From the NCBI GenBank assembly GCA_973895155.1, contig OZ316895.1, positions 14,948,816-15,012,815 of the forward strand: DNA of 64,000 nucleotides. Reading direction: 5' to 3'. Positions 50,207 to 62,774 of the stretch are shown here, in pieces. Every line of letters begins with the position of its first letter. Position 1 is the stretch's first letter. The stretch comes from Marsupella aquatica (lineage: Eukaryota; Plantae; Marchantiophyta). The notes beneath the pieces were generated by a model. It ran no database searches. It saw nothing but the letters and a program-made list of their open reading frames with translations, and was not told the DNA's origin. Made by a program: the position numbers and the translations under genes.

Positions 50207-52047
50207 TCAACTTTGGGCTCCGGTTCCAAGTTCGTTTGGCTTATATTGACCTGACTCAGAGTCAGAGTCGGGATCTGATTCTGACGCCGATCCAGCTGAA
50301 TCGGATGTACCATAGACTTCAAAGTCTGAGACAGAATCAGCTTCTTCATTATCCTCGTCCAGACCTTCGGAGCCACTCCAATCTGAATATTCATCTGGAT
50401 CTTCTAGTGTGGACGGCTCCAATTCTTTTGGCTTATATTGACCTCCACTCTCGGCCAGTTCTTGTCGAAGGGCAATCAGCTCGTCTTCAACTTTCCTATC
50501 GTTCTCTACAAGTGCTTTTAAGCTCTGTTCCAGAATTGATTTCGCCAACGCCTGCATCGGAGTGAAACACAAGAATGTTATCAAAGCCGTGTTGAGGATT
50601 TAGTGCCACGAAGAACCAATGTGGGGTCTTGTTAAACTAACAGACAGCTATACATCAAAACTGGACAAGCCCTGACCATGTCCAAAATGTAATCGGGAGA
50701 GCCCAATGATGCAAGACAATGCAGGGTCGTTGTTGTAAGCGCATTGGCACGGATAACAAGCATCAATGCTGACTTTGAATACTCACCTTCCGCTTGTCAA
50801 GAGTCTTCATTGGTATTAGCACCTTCGGCATCTTGTAGTTCCTGCCACGGTAGAGAATGACAATATTGTTCTGGTGGATGTCGATGACTACTCCCCCACT
50901 GAGCCTCGCTAATTGAACAGCCATTACCTTGATCTCCTCTTTACTGAACCCAGCGATTTCCACTTGCACTGTTTCGTGCTTCTTCCAATGCATGTGGATG
51001 TTTTGTATAGTTCCACCATAAATGCCACGCCTACCAACGGGGACATAATTCTTGTTCTTATAGCCGAGCTTTTTCAAATAATGCATCTGCTCGGCGGTCA
51101 GAACCTCTATATCTGGGTCTTCCGGTGGAATCTCCTGCTCAGGAAACTTTGCGATAGCTAATCTAATCAACTCCATTTTCTTGCGTCCCTGCATGTCAAA
51201 ACAACTATGAATACTTCCACTTGATTATCACATTCCCTCCCCGGAAAGTCAAAACCCTAAAACCCTAATAAGTAACAGGAATGTCAGTGTCAATCTAGTA
51301 AAATCTACAATCAGCATACTACAAGCCGCACTTGAATCCTAAATTCTAATTCCCACATGGACAATATCAGTATCCACAACCTTATAAAACCACTCGAGTA
51401 TCAGCATGGTACACAGGCTGAACCAAACCATAAACCGTGATACATTTGGAGAAAATTTCCTACAAAAACCTTTGAAAAGCACTACAGTATCAGCATGGTC
51501 ACGGCCGAACCTTCAGTAGTCTGAATTCAAGCCTCTCCTCGGGAGACATATCCTCTTTCCTTTTCCTGGAGATAAGACGCATGCGTTTGATCTTTTGGAG
51601 AGTTTCTTTCTTCTTCGCTTTGGCCCTCTTCATTTTCTTCTTACTCTTGAAGCGAACACTGCCTTCTAGAAAAGGATGCCGGCTAATCGAGGCACCACTC
51701 ATAGGCCCCACGTACGTCCCAGAAATTCGCATCCATCTCCCGCTCTCAACAAATGGCGCCATTGCGAGGTGCCGTTTTTGCATAAGTTGATGGTGCATAC
51801 ATACGTTTTCATACGAGTTGACAGTGTATACTTGTTGACGATTGCCGTTTCTCCAGACATACTGTCCGATGGCAGACTCAGCCCCTAAAGCTCTCCCGAC
51901 TCCAATACCTCCACCGATTCCGAAACTTCCAGCAATTCCAGATACTTCAAAAGTGTCACAAACCCGGCCTGTTGTAGCTGCTGATGCGGAATTCTTCCCA
52001 GCTGCTGCAGCGGCTCGTGCAATCAACGACAAAAGATGAGCGCGCAT
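50207..52047 (-). CDS. Single-CRM domain protein of the CFM9/At3g25440-like subfamily, probably a mitochondrial group II intron splicing factor
   Basis: Exons 52047-51511, 51188-50787 and 50551-50207. The presequence is Arg/Ala/Leu-rich. Motifs: MSPEER.., DIEVLTAEQMHYLKKLGYKNKNYVPVGRRGIYGGTIQNIHMHWKKHETVQV..LARLSGGVVI..ILYRGRNY..TLDKRK|ALAKS, followed by an acidic tail. Confidence 0.9.
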
Positions 52048-53754
52048 TGTGTTGGAATCCAATCCAATAACCCTGACGTAAACCCTAGACACTCCACGAG
52101 GACTGATCTGTACGTTGAGCTAGAGGACGAGCGAGAGAGAGGGTAAAAGTCGGGATATCACATGAATCGAAAGTATTTAGGCCGTCTGCTTCGCTCACGT
52201 TTCTATCAAAACGGCGCATTTGCTCTTGAAATGACTTTGCATTCGACCGCGAAATCCTACGCCACTTTTATTGAATGCATTGGGAGCAGAAGGCAGCCAG
52301 CTCAAGATCAGGTAAAAGGGACGATCCACAAGTGACATCGAGCTCTTCTTTGCAGGGAACGACGCCTTCACCAGGATCCGCAAAAACTATTTTGACCCGA
52401 TTCTTTCACCCCGAATGAACGACAGAACATACAGCTCCGGAACTTCGCATCGTGACAAGAATTGGGGCCAGCTGTTGTACTCTCCTTTAGTCGAGACACC
52501 ACAATTTATCGGACCTCCAGATCCCGAATCAAGGTCACAGACTCATCAATGTCTGCGACGAGTGAGGAAATCAGTCAGGGCCAAACATCCTCCTAATGCT
52601 TATAAGGTACTACTGAATTCTTCGATTCAGGCCTCTGAGCCCCTGATCTTCATCGCTAGCTACAGTAGTTCCTTCGATGTGCTGCGAAGGTGGAGATCTG
52701 TTGTGCTGAAATCTGACGGGAGCACTCTTCACCCATGACAAACCCTCAAATTGGAATTCCATCGACAAGAGTATCTGAGCTGTGAGGCAGAAAGTTCTCG
52801 AAAGAATTGTTGGGCGAGCTTGGAAAAACAGGGTTTAAAGGAGACAGGGTTTAGGGTCGGTTGAGGTAGGAGGGTTTAGGACTTTATGGCCGGGTTCCAT
52901 TGCCTTGTCCGTCCCAAGGCAAGAGTGTGGGTCAGGAAATCAGTGCAAACCTTATTACTAGAGCATGTGGCAAGACATGCCTCACCAGATTCCCCCCCCC
53001 CCATGAGTGTGTTTTAGAGCAGCTAGTTTTGCCAAATTCTTAGAGCGTCCCCACCTTAAGCGCCATTAAAGACCCGCTATTAGGGTCAATTCTGAGGCGA
53101 GTGGTGCAGGTAGTTTGGCCATCTTAGTTTACGAAATCTCTAGTAAGCAAATTTGATCCAATGAAATCATGAATTCCCTGGCCAAGTGAAGAGATTTATA
53201 GTGAGTGTTCTTGTGGGGGAGGGGGAGTTGCACAAACCAATCATTGTTGCACCAGACCGGATGACAAAACCAATAGAGATACTCTTAGGTTTAATCTCAA
53301 TATGCCCCCTTTTCCACCACCTGTGTTGGGGAAAGGGAATGAGACCAAGGAACTGTATGTGCTCCAACAACAATACAATTCCAATGTAGCATTGTTCTTT
53401 ACAAAAAAATTGATTAAGGGGCAGAAATGGAGACAAATGGATAGATGCCCTTTTGCTGGCACTAAGTAGTACACTTCCCGGTTCACTTCTAACACATAAA
53501 CCCTTTTGCAAGGGACGAGGTAGGTCCAGAAGGGGGCAATTCAATGAAAAGAGGCATCCAGTTGGGCATGTAAAGTTGCCCCCTAAGCCCTAAATTCCTT
53601 ACAAAACTGATTTGAGTTGGCTCTCAATGAGCCATCCCTAGATGACTATACTCTCAACAACTGCAGAATTTTTACATGTGATTATCCCTGACAATATGGT
53701 GTTGGTAGTGAGAAGGACTCACATCAAGGATAGTACTAAGGGCACTAAGCTAGG

Positions 53755-53756
<2 letters not shown>

Positions 53757-53797
<41 letters not shown>
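53757..53797. repeat. (CA)n microsatellite
   Basis: Direct reading of the sequence. Confidence 0.97.
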
Positions 53798-53798
<1 letters not shown>

Positions 53799-54733
53799 AG
53801 ATTGAATGTGAGGGGGTCATTCATAAGAGGGATTCCTTGAGGTGTTTCCAGGCTTTGACTTATACCCGAGGACTTAAAGAAAGAATTTACTAAATCTAGC
53901 TAAAGTCAAGCATGGAATGCAATTCACAAGCTATTGAGGACATTTTTTCAAAATAAATGCTCCAAACGTTGTTTCCTTTAGCTTTGCTATGGGTAATTAA
54001 AGGTCTCTAATTTAGACACTAAAATTTTGGACAATGATTAAAGGGGTTGACGTATGAGGTACATGTTATGTAAAGTAGTCCTAAGAGGCACTTAGGCTAC
54101 TTTAATTCAAGTTGTCCAAAATTCATGTTTGTAAATTGGATATGCACTTTACCTGGTGCAATGCAATAAGAAGGAGCTAGGAGTACATTGTTGCTTTGAA
54201 TGCACACTAAGTAACTTGCAGAATTTCAGGCAAGAGTCAAAGTAAATTGATCCTCTATTTATCTAGAATTAATACGAGAGGCAAGATTGAGGTAAACGAT
54301 GCTCAAGCCGGTGCAATTACGGAGGCGCGCAGCTACCTGTTGCCTCCCCGTTGCCTTCCCATTGCCTGCCCTTGTATCGGGCCTTGTACAATTAGGCATG
54401 AGAGGAGTTGGATGTGGATCAGATGGTAGGCCAGATGAGTTGGGCAAATGAAGTGCAAACAATAGAACCTGCACGTGATGTTCATTCATTTAGCATAAAC
54501 CATAGACAGGGTGCAGGCAGTAAAGTGTTGAGCCTCATTTACCTTTTGTCATGAATTATCTAGACATGTTCAAAATGAAAAGCTCTTGGGCCTTTATTTA
54601 AGATAAATAACCAAATGACCCATGCATGTGCACAAGGATGGCTTCCCATACCTAGGCTCCCAATGCCCTACTCACAAGTACAATCTACATATGAAAATTT
54701 TTCTGTTATCAGAGAAATCAGTACCTATAGTTT

Positions 54734-55095
54734 TGTTAGGCATTTACTCTTAGGTCTAGGGCTATGATTGTAACCATAGTTAGGGCTGACCTTAGTCACT
54801 GACTAGGTTAGGTTACCTAGACTACACACTATATGGGTTAGGTTAACTAGGTTGCACACTATGTCTCAAAGTGTGTTTGCTTGGATAGGAGGAACTTAGA
54901 CTCATTGTTACAGAGCCAAGTGAGAGATAAAGAGATCTTGTATTGCGGAGACTTGGTATGGCTAACGGGCCTAGAGTGCACTATAAAGCTCTCGTGGACG
55001 TAGCCTCAGCCGAGGTCGCATATCTCTTTTTGTTGACTACTTATGCATTGGATGGTTCATGAGGTTTCTGTTGTAGATGTAGTCTTTGCTCAACA
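54734..55095 (+). mobile_element. Solo LTR (same family as 3297-3644), 362 bp
   Basis: Starts TGTTAG and ends CTCAACA. The perfect 5-bp TSD AGTTT lies at 54729-54733 and 55096-55100. It shares collinear blocks with the first copy: GGAACTTAG.CTCATTGTTAC, CTTGGTATGGC, GCCTAGAGTGCA, CTCGTGGACGTAGCCTCA and TTGGATGGTTCATG. Confidence 0.9.
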
Positions 55096-55458
55096 AGTTT
55101 CGCTGTACTGTGTAGGTTATGAAGGCATTATAATATGTAATACTCTTTTTTCCATTCTCATGGTGTGTTTAGGAAGCGTCATTTTGGCAAGAAAACTCTT
55201 TGGCGATGTGACATTTTTCCCTAACCATGAAATGAGCCTCAAGGTGCCATTGTGCACCTTTTCACTGCCTACCATCTTATCCATTCTTTAGATACCCCTG
55301 AAAGTAGCTACTCATTGAGCTTTACTAGTAACATTACAAGGGCATCCGACTCCTGTAGTTATACTTTAGTTCCCACCGGAACTTTCTTTAACCCGTTAGG
55401 TAAGGGGATAAGCCGTTGTGCTGTTCCCCGTCGTTGCCTTGGAGACGCGGGACGGGAT

Positions 55459-55552
55459 GAACTACAGTCAATCGAACTACAGTCAATCGAACTATATTCA
55501 ATCGAACTACAGTCAATCGAACTATATTCAATCGAACTACAGTCAATCGAAC
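55459..55552. repeat. 15-bp minisatellite, 6 copies, upstream of the DnaJ gene
   Basis: Units GAACTACAGTCAATC (A) and GAACTATATTCAATC (B) occur in the order A-A-B-A-B-A, followed by a partial GAAC. Confidence 0.97.
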
Positions 55553-55794
55553 GACTGCACAGTACAGTCGGGGAGGCACTCATCGTCAGTCCTGCGAAAG
55601 GAGAACAACGCAGAGTTGTGAGAGAGGAGTGAAGCAATTTGAGTTCGCTCATGAACGAAGAAGAGCACGAGCACGAGGATACCTCAATAGACGAGACGCA
55701 AGCGAAGGGAAGGAATGGAGAATTGATCGAGAAGGTGGAGAGAGAGAAACAAGTAGAGGCGGAGGAAGGCGAAGGGCGTGGGAGATGAGAGCTC

Positions 55795-58700
55795 ATGTCT
55801 CGGAGCGGAACATTGCAGGATGCGCTTCGGTTTGTGGATGAATTCCAGAGAGCGTCTGTGCCATCGGCGGCACGAGTGAAAGTGTTATCGTCGTCAGCAG
55901 CGGGAGCAGCAGCAGCAGCGCACGGAGGTCCGGAAGATGTCATTAAGCAGGGAGGAGGAAGGGGCAAGAGAGAGGGCAGAGAGAAGTCGGAGAAGCATGC
56001 GCGGCGGAAGAGTAAGCGGGATAAAGATGATAGGCACGGTAGCAGGAGGACGAGGGGGCGGAGAAGGGATTCGGTGAAGCGAGAGAAATATGATGATGAT
56101 GACGACGACGAAGAAGAAGAGAGTGATGAAAGTGACGACGACGATGAAGACAGCGACGACGACGACCGCCGCCGCGCGAAAGAGAAAAGGCGTTCAGAGA
56201 GGAAGAAGGGCAGGAGAGAGCATCGAAAGAGGAAGGAGAGAAAGTCGTCATCGAGAAGGGGTGAGAGAGAAAAACACGAAAAGGAGAGCGCTCGGAAGAG
56301 AGAAGAGAGGAAGCGGGAGCAGCGGCATCGGTCTGGGAGATTACGGAGTCCGGAAGACAACTCTTCTCCGTCTGAAGACAAGAATTCTGATTCTGGCTCA
56401 GAGTCTTCAGAGAGTGAAGGCCGTGATTCTTCTCTTAGGTCAGCAGAACAGGTAGCAGCTGGCATTGTGGAGGTATTTCCAGAGGTTGAAAATGATCTGC
56501 AGCAGGTGTGTCCATTCTCCCTCATGCACGCTTAACTAAATTACGGGTTTTTCCCCTCCTGAGGATCAACCGCAGCACGTGTAATTTCTTCGTCTGCTAT
56601 CGCCTTGAATGTTCCTAACTCTGAAGACTATGTTCGTGTCGGTGGTAATATCAAGTCGAGTCTGTGCAGCATGGAAAAAGTGTCTGTAGTTTCCGTCCTT
56701 CAAGTACAATTGGGGTATAGATTTGGGGCGGTGTGTTCTTCGGAGCTGAAAGTGATAACACGAGGGATTTTGAAGTTAACTAGCACCAAACTTTAATTCT
56801 TCTAGTGACCAAACCCACATTACCCTCATTGTAGAACTACTGCTTATCATAATAGATTCTGCCACAAAATGTAGATTCAGCAGTGTCATGAGTGAATGTT
56901 AAAACACCTGAAATTAGAAAGTTCAACGAATAGAAAGGAAATAAAAATGAGTATGTTGATGTATCGAATTTATAGCAACCTTGGCAATTTGAATAGAATT
57001 GAATCGCACTGGACTCCCGAGTCAGATGTCTTTCTGTATCCATTTCTGTAGTTTTTTAAAGTGGAATTTCTGACTAGTTCAGCCGTGCGTTTCGTCTTTA
57101 ATGAAGTGGTATTTGCTTTTGGTTGGAGAGTTATGAGGATTGAACCACGAATATCTTCACCTTCGGCCTTCTTCATTCACTCTAACGTCCTGGTTGTCTA
57201 TGTGGTGCCTTTGCAGCTGCTGGAGACGGTGGATAGTGGGCAGGCAGTGGATATTAGTGGACTGCCAAATAGGCGGCTTGTTGTCCTCCTTCAGAAACTC
57301 TTTCAATCCTTGAACCTGAAGAAATCGACAGCAGGACTATACATGCTCCCGTCGGGCTCGCAGCCAATTCTCGAGCGTTTGAGTTGGTCTTCGATATCGA
57401 GAAACAAACCAACAGTTGGCAAATCTGGCGAAGCTGGAGAGTCTGACTCAGAATTACCGACATCTGTCGGAAGAGAAGATTCTAATACCAACAATAAATC
57501 TCATTCCAAGATGGAGGCAACAACTGGACCGCTCCCGAGGCCACACGAAATTTCGGATACTCAAAAACGCCGGTAGGGACATTTGGATTAATTACTGGCT
57601 GTATTCTCCCATTCCCATGTGAAGCTATGCTATCGTGGTTCCCAAGCAACCATTGGCCTGGGAGTTGTCCACTGTTAACCCGAATGACCTTTTGATCTGA
57701 CAGAGTTATAGGACCAGCTATGCCATCTGCAGAAATGTTGGAGGCTGCAGCTAAACTGACTGAAGCTGAGGAAGCCTTGAGGTTGCTCCTAACCCCTTCT
57801 ATACTGTTTGTAATTCTAAAGTGTTCAGTTTGAATGTGAACATAAGTTGTCAAGGAAATCTCTTTAGCGGGTTACATGAATCGTTTCAATAATTACCATG
57901 GCCTGCATCTGCAATTGTGATCAATTGAAAGCAATATAAAAAAAGCATGACAAAAGGCATGCTGATTTTTTTAACTTCATGAATTCTGAAGAATTGAGCA
58001 CAACTTCCAAAAAATATGACATAAGCCATGCTAATTTTTTCAACGAATTATGACTTCTGAAGAATTGAACAAAATGTTAAATAAATATGACTTAACTTTG
58101 TCTTTACTCACTTTCTTATATCAGAGATGCAGAAGCAGCACTAGAGAATGATCCCATGATTGGACCTCCTCCGCCAGCCGCTGTGGCAGAGGCTGCCTCT
58201 GCAAACGATGCTGAGCGATTTGAAGAGGTGAGTTTCGTTGTCAGCTATGACCAGATGTTAAGTGATAGTTTACCGCACACTTTAAACCCAACTGAGCTAT
58301 ATTGTATCGTCATCGTACAAATTTGCATGCAACGGTTTTGAACTACCCGGTGATAAGATTCCTATGAATAGATGGAATGTGCAAACCTTACTTTCCTCCA
58401 AGTTTTTAACTTTCGCGTAGTGTTGGCCAGCGACTATGGCAGACTTGGCTGCCAAGTTCAAGTGAAATGCTAAATCACCATTCTAGTTTACATACCGTGC
58501 CTCGTCAATGACTTTTGTGATTGTCCTATCACATATCACAGGTAACCAGGATAACGGCTTCTGATGTGGGGGATGCCTACGACCTCTTAGGGCTCAAGCA
58601 GGGAGTGACTGCCGGTGATCTCAAGAAGAGGTATAGTGGAAAATTCGACGAGGCTTGTTTACAGCAAAGCTGGTGCCCCGCCAAGCATGCAACATGTTTG

Positions 58701-61325
58701 TTGTTAAACATCGAATTTATTATGTACTGTCCTTGCAGGTACTGGAAATTGTCACTGTTGGTACATCCAGACAAATGCCAACATCCCCTTGCCCAGCAGG
58801 CCTTTATGGCTCTTAATAAGGCTTTCAAAGATCTACAAGACCCACTGAAGGTTTGTGTCATCGATCTCTCTCTCTCTATTCTGAACTGTTGCAGAAATAC
58901 TCTGAATTCATATTTTCTTGTCGAGTGGTGCTGCCTTCTGCTTTTCTGCTCCTTATGTGTTGTGTGTGAATTTTGCAGCGCTCTGAGATCGATCGAAAGG
59001 CAGATGAGAAGTTGGCTAAAGAAGAGTACGAGGTAGGAAAACTCCTTGCTATGAGCTTACTTCTTTTTACCGAAACTGTTAGGCTCAGATACAGCTCAAG
59101 GTGATATATTGTAAGGGCCGGGATATCCCCTTTGCAAAGCGAAAGGGAGGGCAATTCTTAGGCACATCCTAGTTGGATGCAAAACTGCAAGTGTACTTCA
59201 AGGAGGAGTAGAAATTAGGGCCATAAGTGATCAGTTGGACGGGGAATGTATTTGACCAGAACTAGGAGTGGCCAGCTCTAATAAGGGGTCTGTTATTGCC
59301 ATAGTCCAGAAGAGCTCATTATGATGATGACATTCAACGAATCTTTAGACTCTCGACTCCTTGAGTATATATAGTTGATGTCGTATTGAATAGATCTCGT
59401 GGCCGTTGACCTCGTAACTGATTAGTATGTTTCTTATGTTGTCCATTGAAATCTCGATAGTTCTTCAGAATGTTGCTTTCCACAGATTAGAGCATGCTGG
59501 GATGAACCATCACAGCACATTGCAACTGATGCCTTCAGGCTTCGTGTCATGAAGTATCAAGTAGTTTGTTCTTAGGATGACTCACTTCTGGCATCCTTTC
59601 TTGATTTCTGTCAGGCAGATAGAATAGCTCAACTTCAAGCAGCACAGTGGAGAAAGCTTCGAGGTATTTGGCAACAAATTCGCTATTCCAACCAAAAGTG
59701 AATTATCTGTGAACTTCTATACTTGAGTGCGTGGGACATCATGATGTTAGACATCCGCTTTTCATCGCTCGAATCGGTTCTTATTGTCTAGTATTTGCCG
59801 GTATCTTGGGGACTAGAGTCTTATCTGACTTAGATGCCAAGGCTTAGCTGGAGGATAGTGGGGTACTTGTAGCTGTCCTGTTCACCAGAATATCTTGATT
59901 TAGTCTGCAAATTGGAAGTTCAGGAAACAATATCTAATAGGAAATTTTCGAAGGGGTGAGAGTGGAAACTTCAAGAGTGAATAAATTAATCAAATATGAA
60001 TACTTGAAAGAAGGAGATTTTTACCTAAATAACACGTCAGCTTCGAATAGTCGAATTCTGTTTCTATCTCAGGCTCTTTTCGAAAACTTAAAATTGACAG
60101 CGTTCTTTTTTATTTCCTGACTTCAGGATTTGTGGTTGTCCAGGTGAAGAGGCTCTCCCCGGTGATGCTGAGCTGCTTCGAGGTGATGTGAAAGATCCAG
60201 GACGAGATGAGTGGATGACAAAGTTACCACCTGAGCGGCAGGTAGGCACAAAAGGCTGCCCTTATTACTAATGGAATGGACCTGTAGTTCTTAGAAGTTT
60301 TGTCTGGCTGAGGAAGAAAATGCTTTTGAGATGAGATGCATAAAATCGATATTTTCCACACCATGAAAGTGGGTTTCTCACACCTGGATTTGGTCGAATT
60401 CAGCCAGTATAGTTGCGTGTATTGATATATTTGTCCCCTTATCTAGCCTTAATTGCAAGACAGAAGCTCCTTTTTCCGGCTAACCAAAATGATTGCGCCA
60501 CAGGCTGGTGGGCCACCAAGTCAACAGAATACGTTTTTCAGTCGCACAGAGAAAAGCGGTCGAGGAGATACCAGTGCTTGGACTGATACACCATTGGAGA
60601 AAGCCCAAAAGGCCAAGATGCAGTAAGCTTTTCTTGAACTCTCCCGAACCTTCGTCGTGCGTATGTATTGTACAAATGAGTCACATGTGGTCTCAAGAAA
60701 TTTGAGGTTTGAGTTTTTATTGAACGTTTAACTTTGTAACTTTTGAGATAGACTCACTCTTACCTCTTCTTTAAGTGTTTTGTCTCTCGAGTGAGATGGG
60801 TGATACCATCTTTCATGAAATTTCCATCGTGGATGTTTTTTTTAGATGTGCCAAAGGTGGGTTTTGTAATTCGATTTTGTGAGACACTTACTCGTTAGGT
60901 AAGTCCGGTTGAGGCATATCAGGCAAACAAAAAAAAATCACTCATTATCTTTTTGCTGCAGATACCTAGAAGCATACAAGCAAGCAGTCCTCACCGGCCC
61001 AGAGAACACTGAGTCAATATTTGAGAAGGAGAAAGCAGTCAAATCAGCTGCATTCTTGGATGAGTACAATCAAAAGAAAAGGTCTCTTTCACTTCTTGAA
61101 GAACATCAACAAAAGTCCAAAAAGGGGTTGAAGAAACCAAAAAAAGAAAAGAGTCAGCCTCAGGAAGAAAAGAAGAACGAATGGGCCGAAGCACATCCAT
61201 GGAAACCTTGGGATAGAGAGACGGATCTCACAGCAGGCCGGCAAACAGTGAAATGGGATGATAAGAAAAATATTGGAGAATCTCTGAGCTCAAGATTTGG
61301 ATCTAGTGGTAGGAATTTCTTGTAG
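55795..61325 (+). CDS. DnaJ-domain / GPALPP1 (DUF3752) protein, At1g65280-like
   Basis: About 11 exons: 55795-56505, 57217-57572, 57704-57781, 58125-58227, ~58542-58630, ~58739-58850, ~58978-59033, ~59615-59663, ~60144-60241, ~60504-60622 and ~60962-61325. The N-terminus is R/K/E/S-rich. Motifs: FPEVENDLQQLLETVDSGQAVDISG, VIGPAMP, IGPPPPA, J-domain KRYWKLSLLVHPDKC, RDEWMTKLPPER, WTDTP and HPWKPWDRETDLTAGR. The start codon is uncertain. Confidence 0.9.
57945..58091. repeat. ~70-bp degenerate tandem duplication in a DnaJ intron
   Basis: CATGCT(G/A)ATTTTTT..TTCTGAAGAATTGA..AAATATGAC occurs twice in succession. Confidence 0.8.
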
Positions 61326-62774
61326 GATTCTGTTGATTTCTATGTAGCCAAATGTTAGAAGATGGTACAATTCTGACGCCATGCCGTGTGCTTTGTATTA
61401 GAGGTCGATGTAGATGCAAATAGCCAGCCCAAAAAGTCAACATAATGTAAATTATGGAGTGATGAAAATGAATTCATTTTGTACCTGTCTAGCAAAAAGG
61501 TTCTATCGACTAAAAGTCGTGTGAGTACTCGTAATGCTTTGGTGCATATAGCTCAACAAGGTTTAAATTCGCTTTCACTCTGACAACACCGTTCTGAAAA
61601 CTCAACGTGCGAAAACTATAAATCATACTTAGAATCCCGCATGAACCAACCGATGTGGAAATTTGACGGTTTCATGCCAAATGGGGACTAAACACGCATA
61701 AGCACGAGTTCATGTCAGGCCAGGTGATGGAACACATTTCTGGAGTGTAGAGTAGAACAGAAAGGGACCACTACAATGACATCTCTTGGCTAGATTTGGT
61801 GCTCTAAAGTGTGTCATGAACGGCAGCGAGGGTTGGATTCTGCCAACATAAGGTAAAAGCCTTCTACAAGCAAGTAGTGTAGTGGATATATAAGCTAGAG
61901 GTGGAAGCCGGAAAGGTGCAGTCGTTCTTATCCTTTAACCGATGGCTCGACTGACAACATGGCATCCAATCTTCCTCCTTCGGACTGCATTTAATGTTGG
62001 GTTGTGAAACCAGAACTACATGCCCTGACAAGAGTTGCACATCTCTTTCAAGGTGTGCAAGGTCCTCCCTCCATCCTGATGGTCCCATGCCAAATGTTGA
62101 GTCAGCCATCAGTGATTGTTAAAGTTCGGTCACATCTAAACGTTGAACATACTGCCATCCAAATGGACATGATAACGACCAGTACATGCCAAACGAACTC
62201 TGTTTAGTTACTATTTACTTATTGTGTATTGGAATGCATTACGAACAGACTACATGGGAAACATGCACTAGAGCTATCCTTATTTCTATATTTGGTTTTT
62301 TTTCCAAGCATCTGGGAGGTGGTTGTTGCAAGATGCTCACTGTACAGTGAACATGAGCCATGCTTGTAGTGGTAAAAGACTTACTTCTCTCTTCTGAATT
62401 TCATAGAATTGCAATCGGTCGTTTAAGAATATGCTTTATAAGCTCTGTTCAGATGTGCCCATTGCAATTTCAGAGTGATTATCAGTTCGTGTCTCTCCTC
62501 CTCCCCCAATCTGCAACCCAAACATGTTACCTGAGTCAAACTTTAGTCACTGGGTCCCAGTCACATACTAGTCGTTCTTTGAGACTCTCATGTACTGGTG
62601 CTTCTCATGTTCTGGCGCTGTCAAATAGCCGCTAACCTGGCTTGAGATCCATCTTCCCTTTTTTGTGAAGAAGCTGAAAGAAAAGTTATGAAGTCATCAC
62701 ATGAAACAAAGTATATGGTATTATGGCCCATAAAGCCTTTGGAAAAAGAGTGCTTTAGCTCTAGTTTGATGATC

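Noticed and set aside
3297-55095. The two homologous LTRs as ends of one giant retroelement capturing the genes between them
   Set aside because: Each LTR has its own distinct perfect TSD (TTCCA versus AGTTT), they are clearly diverged, and no PBS/PPT or gag-pol adjoins them.
55359-56525. 388-aa minus-strand ORF
   Set aside because: It is the antisense shadow of the low-complexity R/K/E/D exon of the DnaJ gene plus the 15-bp minisatellite.
61540-61610. GGTGCATATAGCTCAA resembles a tRNA 5' half / A-box
   Set aside because: There is no GTTCRA T-loop/B-box or acceptor-stem complement at the expected distance.
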